Shown here in pieces: positions 29,694 to 41,803 of a stretch of 64,000 bases of DNA; position 1 is the first letter of the stretch; every line of letters starts with the position of its first letter. The notes under the pieces were generated by a model. The model had not been told where the DNA came from. It did not search any database and saw only the letters and a list, made by a program, of their open reading frames with translations. This DNA is from Bacteroidota bacterium. Lineage in GTDB: Bacteria > Bacteroidota > Bacteroidia > Flavobacteriales > Flavobacteriaceae. A program made the translations under genes and the position numbers. The stretch covers positions 15,114 to 79,113 of the forward strand of contig JAQCBK010000001.1 of assembly GCA_027621505.1 (NCBI GenBank). The letters are read 5' to 3'.

Positions 29694-29758
29694 CCAATCC
29701 TACTACTAGATAGTATAGGAAATATCCATAAGTCTGTCATGGTAGTAGTAGGATTTGG
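29694..29758. other. Long imperfect hairpin (13-bp perfect stem, a 1-nt bulge, then a further 2 bp within the span; about 34-nt loop)
   Basis: CCAATCCTACTACTA (29694-29708) pairs with TAGTAGTAGGATTTGG (29743-29758); C29693/G29759 can add one more pair. The arms contain (TAC)3/(GTA)3. Confidence 0.5.
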
Positions 29759-29847
29759 GTAGAATAAATGTAGGGATTAATCCAATAAAAACAAAAGGCG
29801 GATAACCACCCGTAAGCCTTGTGATAAAAAGATTTACAGGTAGTTTG

Positions 29848-29872
29848 TTAACTATATTTATTAATGTTAAAT
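29848..29872 (+). repeat. 25-bp direct repeat copy 2 (TTAACTATATTTATTAATGTTAAAT), overlapping the stop codon of the ABC ATPase gene
   Basis: 24/25 identical to 28986-29010. It contains the last sense codon and the TAA (29867-29869, minus strand) of the ABC gene. Confidence 0.85.
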
Positions 29873-31546
29873 CTTGGGCAAAGCCGCAATCAATGCTTGG
29901 GTATAGGGTTGTTGGGGATGGAAATACAGTGCATCGGCTTCTCCTTCCTCTACCAAAATCCCTTTTTGCATCACCAGAATCCGGTCGGCCATGTATTTGA
30001 CCACATTCAGGTCGTGGGAAATAAAGAGATAAGACAACTGCAGTTGTTCTTTTAGTTCGTTGAGTAAATTGAGGACCTGTGCTTGGACAGAGATATCCAG
30101 TGCGGCAACGGATTCATCCAACAACAACAATTGGGGTTCGGTGGCCAAAGCCCGGGCAATGACCACCCTTTGTCTTTGTCCTCCCGAAAGTTGGTGAGGG
30201 TAACGGTGGTAATGCTCTGTGGCCAGTCCTACTTGTTCCAAAAGCTGTAGCACCCTATCCTTTTGGGCGGCTTTACCGCGGATCAAATCATGGACATAAA
30301 GGGGTTCGGCAATGGCGTTGCCGACCGATTTTAGGGGATGCAAGGCTGCAAAAGGATCTTGAAACACCAGTTGGATTTGCTGGCGCAGTTCCCTTAGTTC
30401 CGAGGCATTGAGTCCAATGATCGAACGGCCTTTATAGCGAATGTCTCCCGCGCTGGGGGAATCGAGATTGACCAAGGCACGACTGATGGTGGATTTCCCA
30501 CAGCCGGACTCACCCACCAAGCCCAAGGTCTCCCCGGGATAGAGGTTAAAGCTGACCATATCCACCGCTTTTAAGCTTTGATTTTCCTTAAACCAATGTC
30601 GGGTCAGGGGATATTCTTTGACCAATCCTTTGACCTCTAACAGGGGTTTTTGGGCGTAGAGTGCTTGGTGCCTTTTGCTTCGGCTGGCTTTGGAAACCGT
30701 AGGAAAGCTTTTTTGTTTTTTTGAAAAATCTGCCACCGTCGGCAATCGCTTCAGTCGTTTATCGGCTTGGGGTCGGGCATACAACAAGCCTTGGGTATAG
30801 GGGTCTTGGGGATGATTGAAAATTTCGGTTACGGTTCCACTTTCCACCACCCTGCCCTGGTGCATCACCACCACCCTATCGGCAAACTGAGCCACCACAC
30901 TGAGGTCGTGGGAGATAAACAACACACTCATTTTATTGGCTTTTTGCAGGGCCTTGATAAGGGTTAATATTTCCTTTTGTACCGTTACGTCGAGGGCGGT
31001 GGTCGGCTCGTCGGCAATCAACAGCTTGGGGCTGCCGATCAGCGCCATAGCAATCATCACCCTTTGTTTTTGCCCGCCACTGAGTTCATGGGGATAGGCC
31101 CTAAATATCCGCTCTGGGTCGGGGAGTTGCACCTGCCTAAAGGCCTCCAGTACTTGCGCTCGGTAGTCTTGTGGCTTTCCGATCTTGTTTTTTTCCAATC
31201 GCTCCATCACCTGAGCCCCGCAGCGCATGCTGGGATTCAGACTCGACTGGGGCTCCTGGAATACCATGCCCAATTCCTTCCCCCGAACCGCTTGCCATTC
31301 TTGGGAAGACAAACGGGAAAGATCCCTGTCGTTGAATAGCATTTTTTTACTGCTGACCACCAATGGAGTTTGGAACAACAAACCTGCAACGGTGAGGGCT
31401 GTCAGTGATTTTCCACTGCCAGACTCCCCCACGATGGCGACAATCTCATCGGTTTGGAGGCTGAGAGAAAGTTGGTCGATCAGGATCCGTTCAGGGGAAG
31501 AGATGCACAGGCGCTCCAACTGCAACAAAGTGGTTTTTTTACTCAT
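29867..31546 (-). CDS. ABC transporter ATP-binding protein with two fused NBDs (DppD/DppF-OppD/F type), no permease or binding protein nearby
   Basis: Walker A GESGSGKS and GESGCGKS, signatures LSGGQKQR and LSGGQRQR, and oligopeptide-type C-terminal tails ([16 protein letters not shown]). Confidence 0.9.
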   Translation of the reverse strand: MSKKTTLLQLERLCISSPERILIDQLSLSLQTDEIVAIVGESGSGKSLTALTVAGLLFQTPLVVSSKKMLFNDRDLSRLSSQEWQAVRGKELGMVFQEPQSSLNPSMRCGAQVMERLEKNKIGKPQDYRAQVLEAFRQVQLPDPERIFRAYPHELSGGQKQRVMIAMALIGSPKLLIADEPTTALDVTVQKEILTLIKALQKANKMSVLFISHDLSVVAQFADRVVVMHQGRVVESGTVTEIFNHPQDPYTQGLLYARPQADKRLKRLPTVADFSKKQKSFPTVSKASRSKRHQALYAQKPLLEVKGLVKEYPLTRHWFKENQSLKAVDMVSFNLYPGETLGLVGESGCGKSTISRALVNLDSPSAGDIRYKGRSIIGLNASELRELRQQIQLVFQDPFAALHPLKSVGNAIAEPLYVHDLIRGKAAQKDRVLQLLEQVGLATEHYHRYPHQLSGGQRQRVVIARALATEPQLLLLDESVAALDISVQAQVLNLLNELKEQLQLSYLFISHDLNVVKYMADRILVMQKGILVEEGEADALYFHPQQPYTQALIAALPKI

Positions 31547-32256
31547 GTATGCAGGATTTCTTCTGGCTTTAGCAGCGATTGGTTGCGCAAACGCAAAACA
31601 ATTTGAGCCACGGTGATGACATCTTTTTCGCAGTAGGTGACAATCCGATCTGTATTTTTTTCTTTGTAGTAGACCTCAGCGACTTGACTGCCGTCGATAT
31701 CGTCTTTGGGTGTGGGGATTTTCAATACATGAGCCATCAGAGACAAAGAGGTGTAGTGCTTGTAATCCCCAAAACGCCAAAGGTGTAAGGTATCCAAATG
31801 GGGAACTTCCCAGGGTTTTTTATCAAAAAGGTTGAGCTTGGCTGGTAAATCAATTTCCTGTATGATCATTCTTCGAGCAATATAAGGAAAGTCGAATTCT
31901 TTACCATTATGGGCACAAAGCCGGTGGGCGGGTTGGCTAAAATGATTTTCCAAAAGGGCTTTGAAATCTAACAACAATGCTTTTTCCTCCCCAACAAAAC
32001 TCTTGATCCTAAATTCGCGATCCTTTTGGGTGAGATTAAAAAACCCAACAGAAATACAGACAATTTTTCCGAACTCTGCCCAGATCCCTGCCCGTTCGTA
32101 GAAGGCTTCGGGGGTTTGATCTTGGGTGAGCTGGTATTGGGTTTTGGATGCAAAAAGGTTTTTTTCCGTTTCGGAAAGTGCATCAAATGTTGCCTTCACT
32201 GGAACGGTTTCTATGTCCAAAAACAACAGTTGGTTGAGGTCAATTTTTTGAAACAT
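31543..32256 (-). CDS. 3'-5' exonuclease, RNase H-like fold (PolB exonuclease-domain-like)
   Basis: LFLDIETVP (Exo I DxE), HNGKEFDFPY and YCEKDV motifs. Its stop overlaps the ABC ATG (ATGA). Confidence 0.75.
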   Translation of the reverse strand: MFQKIDLNQLLFLDIETVPVKATFDALSETEKNLFASKTQYQLTQDQTPEAFYERAGIWAEFGKIVCISVGFFNLTQKDREFRIKSFVGEEKALLLDFKALLENHFSQPAHRLCAHNGKEFDFPYIARRMIIQEIDLPAKLNLFDKKPWEVPHLDTLHLWRFGDYKHYTSLSLMAHVLKIPTPKDDIDGSQVAEVYYKEKNTDRIVTYCEKDVITVAQIVLRLRNQSLLKPEEILHT

Positions 32257-33418
32257 TTTTAATCATTTCCAATCCACCCTCAAGGTAAACATAAATGTCT
32301 TTGGTGAAAGGCTCTCCACCCGAACTTTTGCCTTTGCCTCCTTTTTCTTTGTCATTAAGGTGACCCAACCGAACCACGATTAAATCTTCTTCGGGAACCA
32401 CCAATACATATTGTCCCAAATGCCCCCGCATCATAAATACTTTATGGTCTTGAAAAACATCCAACCACCAGCCGTAGCCGTATTCTGGACTTTTTTCAAA
32501 TCGCGGTTGAACCGACAGGGCAACAAAAGAAGAGTCCAGCAGTTGGGTGCCGTTCCATTGGCCATGGTTTTTGTAGAGTTTTCCGAATCGTGCGAAATCT
32601 CGTGCATTGGTCGCCAGACAACAATAGGCTTTTTCCATTTTGTGTTTGGAACTGTCCCATTGCCAAAGCGCAGTTTGGCTGGCTCCCATGGGTTGCCATA
32701 ATTTTTCAGTCAAATAGGCACTCAGGTTTTTGCCGGTTGCTGATTTGATGACCATCCCCAGCAATTGGGTCGTCCCGCTTTTATAGGCAAAACTTTGCCC
32801 AGGTTTTTCATCAATCGGTTGATCCAAAATCAGGGCATTGAGGTCTTCCACAAAATAAGAAGCCGAAGTAACAGAAAAAGGATTGTAGTATTCTTCACTC
32901 CATTTTTGACCAGAGGCCATACTGGAAAGATCGCCAACGGTTACTTCCTTAGCATAGGGCCCTTTGAGGTCGGGAATAAAGTCGATCACTTTTTGATCCA
33001 AGCTTTTGATGTCGCCTTCTTGGATGGCGATACCCATCATGGCTGAAACCACGCTCTTGACCATCGAAAAGGAGTTGCTTTTGGTGTCCATCCCAAAACC
33101 ATCGTAGTATTTTTCATAAAGGATGCTGTCGTTTTTGATTACCAAATAGGCAACGGTTTGTAGGTCTTGATGGTAATCTTCCAAATCCTTTGATGGGGCG
33201 TAACGATTGTAATCTTTGTGCAGTGGCCAAGCTTGAGGGGAGGTGGTCGCCACGACGGTATCGTTTTCAAATCGTTTATAGTCTTCGAGAAAAGCAGTGG
33301 TATGACCAGAAAGATAGATGGTGCTGATGCCCCTCAAGAGGTAATTGTAGGGAGAGATGTATAGTAGTGAAAGCAACAAAAGGAGCAGGAAAACCAAGCT
33401 CGAAAGGAATTTTTTCAT
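32240..33418 (-). CDS. Serine hydrolase / beta-lactamase family protein
   Basis: N-terminal TM/signal sequence, S-x-x-K motif (FSMVKS), 392 aa. Confidence 0.8.
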   Translation of the reverse strand: MKKFLSSLVFLLLLLLSLLYISPYNYLLRGISTIYLSGHTTAFLEDYKRFENDTVVATTSPQAWPLHKDYNRYAPSKDLEDYHQDLQTVAYLVIKNDSILYEKYYDGFGMDTKSNSFSMVKSVVSAMMGIAIQEGDIKSLDQKVIDFIPDLKGPYAKEVTVGDLSSMASGQKWSEEYYNPFSVTSASYFVEDLNALILDQPIDEKPGQSFAYKSGTTQLLGMVIKSATGKNLSAYLTEKLWQPMGASQTALWQWDSSKHKMEKAYCCLATNARDFARFGKLYKNHGQWNGTQLLDSSFVALSVQPRFEKSPEYGYGWWLDVFQDHKVFMMRGHLGQYVLVVPEEDLIVVRLGHLNDKEKGGKGKSSGGEPFTKDIYVYLEGGLEMIKNVSKN

Positions 33419-33430
33419 GGTTTTTAGCTA

Positions 33431-33904
33431 CTAAAATACATCAAATTGTTTTGGGAACCCCTCTAACTCTAAAAGTTGGCGTTTGGTTTGTATCCCCGCT
33501 GAATAGCCAACAAGTGATCCATCGCTTCCGATGACCCGATGACAAGGCACCACAATGAGAAGGGGATTTTTTGCAATGGCTGTCGCCAACGCCCGAACCA
33601 TTTTGGTATCGCCATAGGCTTGAGCCACCTTGACATAGGACAGTAAAGTTCCATAGGGAATTCTTAAAAGTAATTTCCAAATCTTCACCTGAAAATCGGT
33701 TCCTTTTAACCGCATGGGAAAAGAAAACTCTCGTCGGCTGCCTTGAAAATATTCTCCAATCTGTTGAACTACAGTTTCCATCAATGGAGACATTGATTGA
33801 GGAGGATCGGAGATTTCATCCACAAAAGAAATTCCTATAACCTCTTGATTATCAATGGTTATAGAAAATATTCCAATATTACTTTTGTAAAAACCTATCT
33901 CCAT
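33431..33904 (-). CDS. ogt: Methylated-DNA--protein-cysteine methyltransferase
   Basis: Active-site VPCHRVIG and the YGDTKMVRALATAIAKNP helix. Confidence 0.88.
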   Translation of the reverse strand: MEIGFYKSNIGIFSITIDNQEVIGISFVDEISDPPQSMSPLMETVVQQIGEYFQGSRREFSFPMRLKGTDFQVKIWKLLLRIPYGTLLSYVKVAQAYGDTKMVRALATAIAKNPLLIVVPCHRVIGSDGSLVGYSAGIQTKRQLLELEGFPKQFDVF

Positions 33905-33983
33905 ATGGCTGATTGATTCAGCCGAGAAAGATAATAAAAGTTAAACAAATGATTGTTTTTATCTGATTTTGTCTAATAAATGA

Positions 33984-35887
<1,904 letters not shown>

Positions 35888-35904
35888 GGCAAAGGTGTTT
35901 GAGG

Positions 35905-36927
35905 TTAAGATTGATATTCTTTGACCGCATCAACAAAGGCTTTGGCGTGATCTACGGGTATGTTGGGCAGGATACCGTGACCCAGATTAACGATATAGCG
36001 GTCTTTGCCGAAAGCATGGATCATTTGCTTGACTTGGGTTTTGATTTCAGGAATGGGAGACAACAAGCGTGAGGGGTCAAAATTGCCTTGTAGGGTAATC
36101 TGTCCTCCCGAGAGGTAACGGGCATTGCGAGCAGTACAGGTCCAGTCGATTCCCAAGGCGGAAGCCCCTGATTTACTCATTTCTTGTAGGGCAAACCAAC
36201 AGCCTTTTCCAAAAACGATCAGGGGCACGGTTCCGCTTAAGGCATCTATGATCTGTTGGATGTAGGGCCAAGAGAATTCCTGATAATCGGTGGGGGAAAG
36301 CAAACCTCCCCAAGAGTCGAAAATTTGGATCACATCGGCACCGGCTTTGATCTTTTCTCTCAGGTAGGCAATGGTGGTGGTGGTGATCTTTTGCAAAAGT
36401 TCCTTGGCCATGGCGGGTTCCTGAAAACAAAAAGCCTTGGCACGATCAAAGTTTTTGGAGCCCTGGCCTTGAACGGCATAACACAATAGCGTCCAGGGTG
36501 CTCCAGCAAAACCGATCAATGGAACGCGCTCGTTAAGCTCGCTTTTGGTCATTTTTACTGCCTCGAAAACATAGCCCAAACGCTCGTTTACATCGGGCAG
36601 TATGACCTGGTCCAAAGCGGCTTGATCGATAATCGGTTGGGGGAGAAATGGACCTACCCCCTCTCGCATTTCTACTGCTATATTCATCGCTTGAAGCACC
36701 ACCAGAATATCGCTAAAGATGATGGCAGCATCCACACCGATCTGGTCTATAGGCATTAGGGTGATCTCAGTGGCCAACTCGGGGGTCTGACAGCGAGTAA
36801 AGAAGTCGTACTTTTCCCTGAGCTTCATAAAATCAGGGAGGTACCTTCCTGCCTGACGCATCATCCAAACTGGAGGTCGGTCAACGGTTTCCCCTTTTAG
36901 GGCCTGTAATAACAATTCATTCTTCAT
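35905..36927 (-). CDS. hemE: Uroporphyrinogen decarboxylase
   Basis: [16 protein letters not shown] signature. 340 aa. Confidence 0.95.
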   Translation of the reverse strand: MKNELLLQALKGETVDRPPVWMMRQAGRYLPDFMKLREKYDFFTRCQTPELATEITLMPIDQIGVDAAIIFSDILVVLQAMNIAVEMREGVGPFLPQPIIDQAALDQVILPDVNERLGYVFEAVKMTKSELNERVPLIGFAGAPWTLLCYAVQGQGSKNFDRAKAFCFQEPAMAKELLQKITTTTIAYLREKIKAGADVIQIFDSWGGLLSPTDYQEFSWPYIQQIIDALSGTVPLIVFGKGCWFALQEMSKSGASALGIDWTCTARNARYLSGGQITLQGNFDPSRLLSPIPEIKTQVKQMIHAFGKDRYIVNLGHGILPNIPVDHAKAFVDAVKEYQS

Positions 36928-37588
36928 AGCGGATCGTATGATTGATTAATGATTTTAAAAGTTGTGCCTCATCGGGGGCTTTGGCGATGGTGTAATCTTG
37001 TGTATGCATTGCCACGGCTTTGGCGGTGGAAGTCCCCAGGCAAAAACTGTGGGATTGATCAAAAGTATTTCGCTGGGCGTAGGCCCTGACCGCGCTGGGA
37101 CTGAAAAAAAGAAGACCGTCAAAATGCCCTTTTACCACATGATCTAGCAGCTGTGTTTTGTAGATCTCGATCGCCTGAATTTCGATGCCATTGGCGGGTA
37201 AAACTTCCTCCAAATCGGGAGTTCTCAGATTTCCGCAGAAATACGAAAAGGATTGATTTTTAGCGTTTTTTGATAAAAAATGAGCCAATTCTGACGAATT
37301 TTGAGCAATTTTGGCCACTTTTTGCCCATTTTCGGTCAAAAGCGTTGCTGTCTTTTTTCCCACACAATACCCTATTTTTCCATCGATCATTTTTCGAATT
37401 TTGGAATCCGACAACACCCTTTTCACTGCATTTTGGCTGGTAAAAATAAGGCCGTGATGAACCGGAGCCACAATGGGTTGATCGATGGGAACGATTTTGA
37501 TAAAGGATTGTTCTACCAGGCTGAATGAATGCATCATCAAACGATCTTTAAATGCAGGGGATAATATTTTGGTAGACAGCAACCTCAT
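36917..37588 (-). CDS. hemD: Uroporphyrinogen-III synthase
   Basis: 223 aa with weak HemD-like sequence. The position between hemC and hemE supports the call. Confidence 0.7.
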   Translation of the reverse strand: MRLLSTKILSPAFKDRLMMHSFSLVEQSFIKIVPIDQPIVAPVHHGLIFTSQNAVKRVLSDSKIRKMIDGKIGYCVGKKTATLLTENGQKVAKIAQNSSELAHFLSKNAKNQSFSYFCGNLRTPDLEEVLPANGIEIQAIEIYKTQLLDHVVKGHFDGLLFFSPSAVRAYAQRNTFDQSHSFCLGTSTAKAVAMHTQDYTIAKAPDEAQLLKSLINHTIRYEE

Positions 37589-38500
37589 TTATTTACTATA
37601 TTTAATAGTATTCATGAGTTCACGCCCGCCTTTGGATAGGATCTCTTGCGCTGCAAGTTCTGCCAATGAAGCAGAGGCGTTGGTCTCAACTTCTTTTACC
37701 AGGGTGAGGGCCTGTTTTCCATCCAAAGAGAAAAGCCCTCCACGAAATTGGAGATGGTCTTTTTGAATGGTCACATGGGCACCAATAGGCGCGGAACAGC
37801 CACCTTCCAGAATGCGGAGAAATTCTCTTTCAATCTCTACACACTTTCGGGTGTTGGTATGGTCGATTTTTTTTAGACTTTCCAAGATATCATTGTCGTC
37901 TGCTCTACAAACCACCCCAATGGCTCCTTGGGCGGGAGCGGGAATCATCCAATCCAATTCATGATAGTGAGACCCCAAGAGTTCGACGCGCTCCAGGCCA
38001 GCTTTGGCAAAAATGGCCCCTTCCCAATTGCTGGAAAACAATTTATCCATTCGGGTTTGAACATTGCCCCTTAGGTCAACCATGTGGTGTTGGGGATAAC
38101 GGTGTAACCATTGGGCCTTCCGCCGGAGACTACCCGTCGCAATGGTGGCTTGGTTTTCCAATGGGGTTTTATGGGTTTGCACCAAAACATCTGCCACACT
38201 CCCCCGCTCCAATACGGCTGCTAAGATCAATCCTTTTGGTAATTGTGTTGGAACGTCTTTAAGACTGTGTACAGCCAAATCAATTTTGTTTTCAAGCAGG
38301 GCAATATCCAATGCTTTGGTAAAGACCCCTTGAATGCCCATGGCATAAATGGGTTGGGTCGTATTGAGATCTCCCTCACTTTTGGTGGGTACCAAGCGGG
38401 TATTGATTTGTTTGGCTTCCAAAAGCGCGCCTACTTTTTTAGCCTGCCAAAGGGCCAGTGGGCTGTCTCTGGTACCAATACGTAATAAGGAACTATCCAT
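37589..38500 (-). CDS. hemC: Hydroxymethylbilane synthase
   Basis: RIGTRDSPLALWQA and the GGCSAPIGA cofactor Cys motif. Confidence 0.93.
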   Translation of the reverse strand: MDSSLLRIGTRDSPLALWQAKKVGALLEAKQINTRLVPTKSEGDLNTTQPIYAMGIQGVFTKALDIALLENKIDLAVHSLKDVPTQLPKGLILAAVLERGSVADVLVQTHKTPLENQATIATGSLRRKAQWLHRYPQHHMVDLRGNVQTRMDKLFSSNWEGAIFAKAGLERVELLGSHYHELDWMIPAPAQGAIGVVCRADDNDILESLKKIDHTNTRKCVEIEREFLRILEGGCSAPIGAHVTIQKDHLQFRGGLFSLDGKQALTLVKEVETNASASLAELAAQEILSKGGRELMNTIKYSK

Positions 38501-39698
38501 CTAAGTCCGAATCCAATTGATAAACCTGTTGTAACATGGCCATGGTTTGGTCGGCTTTGGAAGGGTTTTCTTTAAGATAGCTGGCTACTTTTCCGGTCAG
38601 CCTGTAAACCATTTGAGGAAATTCTTGATCTTGCCCAGGCTCATCCTCGTGGCCGTTCAATAATTTTTTCTTTAGGGCTTTAAGGGTAGGGGCGAATTTT
38701 CTGTGCTCTACCCATTGTATGAATTCTGTTTCCACTTCTTTGAGAATTTCCTCAGCTTTTGGAATAAATTTCTTTCGATTGGTGAGGGTCTCATTGGTGA
38801 GCTTGGACAATTCGTCTAGATTGATCAGGGTCACATTTTCCATCGCACTCAATTTTGGATCAACATTGGAAGGAACAGACAAATCCAAAATCAAAAGGGG
38901 TTTGTCTTTGGAAACCAATGAGGCGTCTACGGTGATATCAAGCGCTCCAGTGGCCACGATCATGATATCCGCGCTTGCAATTTCCGACTTTAATTGGCTG
39001 ATATTCTTAACCAACAGATTAAATTTTCCAGCCACGCGTTGGGCAATTTCCTCTGATCGGTTGACCAGAACAATGTGATCATTCTGGGTGTGTTTTACCA
39101 GGTTTTCGCAGGTATTTCTCCCTATTTTTCCAACCCCAAACAAAAGGATATTTTTTTGTTTGACGTCTTCTACATGTTGAAGGATGTAATGAACGGATGC
39201 GAATGAAACTGAAGTGGCACCAGAGGATAACTCCGTTTCCTTTTTGATGCGTTTACTGGATTGGATAACTGCATTGAGGAGTCGCTCCGAAAAACCATTG
39301 ACAATGTGTTGTTTTTTGGAATTTTGAAAGCTTTTTTTCAATTGGCCTATGATTTCAAAATCTCCTAGAATCTGGCTTTCCAAGCCACAACCCACTCGGA
39401 AAACATGATGGATGGCTTCCAAGTCACGCAGTATGTAGCCTTTTTCTAAAAATAAAGAAACGCTCCCACCAGACCATTTACACAAGTATTCAATCAAAAT
39501 CATGGGATCGTCAACGACTCCCATTAATTCGGTACGGTTACAGGTAGAAATCACCATCAACTCTTGAAGACCATCTGATTTGGCTTGGGACAGTAGGGCT
39601 TCCAATTGGACTTTGTTGATGCTAAAAGTCCCTCGAGTGGGAAGATCCGCATTCTTATAGCTGATGCCTACGATACAATATTGTAAGGTGTTTTTCAA
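38493..39698 (-). CDS. hemA: Glutamyl-tRNA reductase
   Basis: ISTCNRTE active-site motif and NADPH Rossmann LLFGVGKIG. Confidence 0.92.
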   Translation of the reverse strand: MKNTLQYCIVGISYKNADLPTRGTFSINKVQLEALLSQAKSDGLQELMVISTCNRTELMGVVDDPMILIEYLCKWSGGSVSLFLEKGYILRDLEAIHHVFRVGCGLESQILGDFEIIGQLKKSFQNSKKQHIVNGFSERLLNAVIQSSKRIKKETELSSGATSVSFASVHYILQHVEDVKQKNILLFGVGKIGRNTCENLVKHTQNDHIVLVNRSEEIAQRVAGKFNLLVKNISQLKSEIASADIMIVATGALDITVDASLVSKDKPLLILDLSVPSNVDPKLSAMENVTLINLDELSKLTNETLTNRKKFIPKAEEILKEVETEFIQWVEHRKFAPTLKALKKKLLNGHEDEPGQDQEFPQMVYRLTGKVASYLKENPSKADQTMAMLQQVYQLDSDLDG

Positions 39699-39720
39699 AA
39701 GTCCAGTCTAAATTCGAAAA

Positions 39721-39728
39721 CAAAAATA
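39721..39728 (-). promoter_or_regulatory. Candidate -7 promoter element (TATTTTTG) for hemACDEFB
   Basis: Minus-strand TATTTTTG lies 22 nt upstream of the hemA ATG. Confidence 0.35.
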
Positions 39729-39805
39729 AGAAGTGCCGTTTTTAAAAAACAACGCTAAAAGAACTATAAATATCCGATAAGGTTATTTTAAAGCTTTTTT
39801 TCGAT

Positions 39806-39830
39806 AATCACTCTAAAAGTAATATTTTTA
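39806..39830 (+). promoter_or_regulatory. Direct repeat 1 (AATCACTCTAAAAGTAATATTTTTA), candidate AraC-type site
   Basis: 19/25 identical to 39856-39880, with a 50-bp start-to-start spacing, in the hemA/araC divergent region. Confidence 0.3.
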
Positions 39831-39855
39831 GAAATATTTTAATTACATTAAATAG

Positions 39856-39880
39856 AATCATTCTAAATAGTGTATTTTTA
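39856..39880 (+). promoter_or_regulatory. Direct repeat 2 (AATCATTCTAAATAGTGTATTTTTA), candidate AraC-type site
   Basis: See repeat 1. It ends 20 nt before the AraC ATG. Confidence 0.3.
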
Positions 39881-39900
39881 AAAATAACGATATCGGTACA

Positions 39901-40758
39901 ATGGAAAAAACAGTTTTGGAGAGTGGGTTTTATGTGTTGAGATCTACCAATGACACAAATGCCTTTAAAAAATTAGAGGAGCCAGTCAGTCAAGAATTCA
40001 TCCAGTTTCATTTTTGTCATCAAGGCTCCGGGACTTTCGAATTCAATGAGGGGAACTATCAATTACCGTTGATATCCAAAAGTGTGATTTTGTTATTCAA
40101 CCCAACAAAGGCACTGCCCATCAACCTAAATTTAACCCCCGATTCAACAGTGGTGAGTTTGATTATTTCCATCAAAAAATTTCATCGTTTGTTTTCCCAA
40201 GATGCAGATTATATTCCCTTTTTAAGTCCGGAAAACAACACCAAAAAATATTATGATACCAAGCCAGTGAGTCCCTCTATGAGTGTCATTTTAAGTCAAA
40301 TCATTGAAACCAAAGTTCATGAGAGCATACAAGGGCTTTATTTGAAAGGTAAGGTATACGAATTGCTGAGTTTGTTTTTTAATAAGAGTGAGGATGCCGA
40401 TGTGGAGCAATGCCCCTTTTTGGTGGATGAAGAGAATGTGAGAAAAATTCGAAAAGCCAAAGAGATTATTTTGACTCAAATGACAGAGCCCCCCACCCTT
40501 CAGGCATTGTCAAACGAGATCGGACTCAACGTAAAAAAGCTAAAAGAAGGTTTTAAACAAGTCTATGGCGATACCGTTTACGGATTTTTATTGGATCATA
40601 AAATGAATGAAGCCAGAAGCATGCTGAACTCCAAACAATACAATATCAACGAGATCAGTATCAAGCTGGGGTACAGTACCTCCAGCCACTTTATCGCTGC
40701 TTTCAAAAAGAAATTTGGGACGACTCCCAAAAAATATTTAATGTCAGTATCTTCGTAA
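39901..40758 (+). CDS. AraC family transcriptional regulator
   Basis: C-terminal double HTH (LQALSNEIGLNVKKLKEGFKQVYG...ISIKLGYSTSSHFIAAFKKKFG) and an N-terminal cupin-like sensor region. Confidence 0.85.
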   Translation: MEKTVLESGFYVLRSTNDTNAFKKLEEPVSQEFIQFHFCHQGSGTFEFNEGNYQLPLISKSVILLFNPTKALPINLNLTPDSTVVSLIISIKKFHRLFSQDADYIPFLSPENNTKKYYDTKPVSPSMSVILSQIIETKVHESIQGLYLKGKVYELLSLFFNKSEDADVEQCPFLVDEENVRKIRKAKEIILTQMTEPPTLQALSNEIGLNVKKLKEGFKQVYGDTVYGFLLDHKMNEARSMLNSKQYNINEISIKLGYSTSSHFIAAFKKKFGTTPKKYLMSVSS

Positions 40759-40768
40759 AAAATTGTAA

Positions 40769-41803
40769 ATGAAAGGTGCGTTACTGATCAATTTGGGCTC
40801 TCCAGATAGTCCAAACCCAAAAGATGTTAGGCGATATTTAGGTGAATTCCTGATGGATGAACGGGTAATTGACCTCCCTAAACCCCTTAGAACTTTTTTG
40901 GTCAAGGGGATTATCTTGAATACCCGTCCAAAAAAGTCTGCCAAAGCCTATAAAAAAATATGGTGGGAGGAGGGATCGCCACTCATTGTCTTGTCCAAAA
41001 GATTGCAAGAAGCCGTCCAGAAAAAAGTTTCTGTCCCTATGGGTCTCGCCATGAGATACGGTTCGCCCTCTATCGAAGACGGCTTGGCTGAATTGGTAAA
41101 ACAAGGGGTAGATGAAATCATGTTGATTCCCCTGTATCCCCAGTTTGCCATGGCCACCACCGAGACCATTTTGGTGTTGGCAGAGGAAATAAGAAAAGAA
41201 AAATATCCAAATCTAGAGTTTACGGTTTTGCCTCCTTTTTACAATCATCCAGACTATATCAAAGTGCTTTCTGAGAGCATACAAGAGGATTTGAAAGATA
41301 AGGAATGGGAGCATCTCTTGTTTTCTTATCACGGAGTTCCAGAACGTCACATTAGGAAATCCGACATCACCAAATCCCATTGTAAAATCGACAAAAGTTG
41401 TTGCCAAACGGCCTCCAAAGCGCATCAATACTGTTACCGTCACCAATGTTTTGAAACCACAAGACGTGTAGCGGAATACCTAGAATTAAAAGAAGGCAGT
41501 TACTCTACTAGTTTTCAATCCCGATTGGGAGTTGACCCCTGGTTGCAGCCCTACACCGATCAAACAGTTGCGCGATTTGCCAAAAAAGGAGTAAAAAACA
41601 TGGCCATCGTAACCCCTGCTTTTGTTTCTGATTGTTTGGAAACTTTGGAGGAAATTGGAATGGAAGCCGTGGAAGATTTTGAAGAAAAAGGGGGGGAAGA
41701 GCTTCATGTGATACCATGTATCAATACCCGAACGGATTGGGTAAATGTGATGAGCCGCTGGATTGACCAATGGGCCAAAGCGGAAATCAGTACCACTGCA
41801 TGA
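40769..41803 (+). CDS. hemH: Ferrochelatase
   Basis: LINLGSPDSP, PLYPQFAMATTET and FSYHGVPERH motifs. 344 aa. Confidence 0.93.
   Translation: MKGALLINLGSPDSPNPKDVRRYLGEFLMDERVIDLPKPLRTFLVKGIILNTRPKKSAKAYKKIWWEEGSPLIVLSKRLQEAVQKKVSVPMGLAMRYGSPSIEDGLAELVKQGVDEIMLIPLYPQFAMATTETILVLAEEIRKEKYPNLEFTVLPPFYNHPDYIKVLSESIQEDLKDKEWEHLLFSYHGVPERHIRKSDITKSHCKIDKSCCQTASKAHQYCYRHQCFETTRRVAEYLELKEGSYSTSFQSRLGVDPWLQPYTDQTVARFAKKGVKNMAIVTPAFVSDCLETLEEIGMEAVEDFEEKGGEELHVIPCINTRTDWVNVMSRWIDQWAKAEISTTA

Noticed and set aside
33907-33923. Hairpin GGCTGA-TTGAT-TCAGCC directly abutting the ogt start codon
   Set aside because: It has only a 6-bp stem and no flanking U-tract. It is too short to distinguish from chance.
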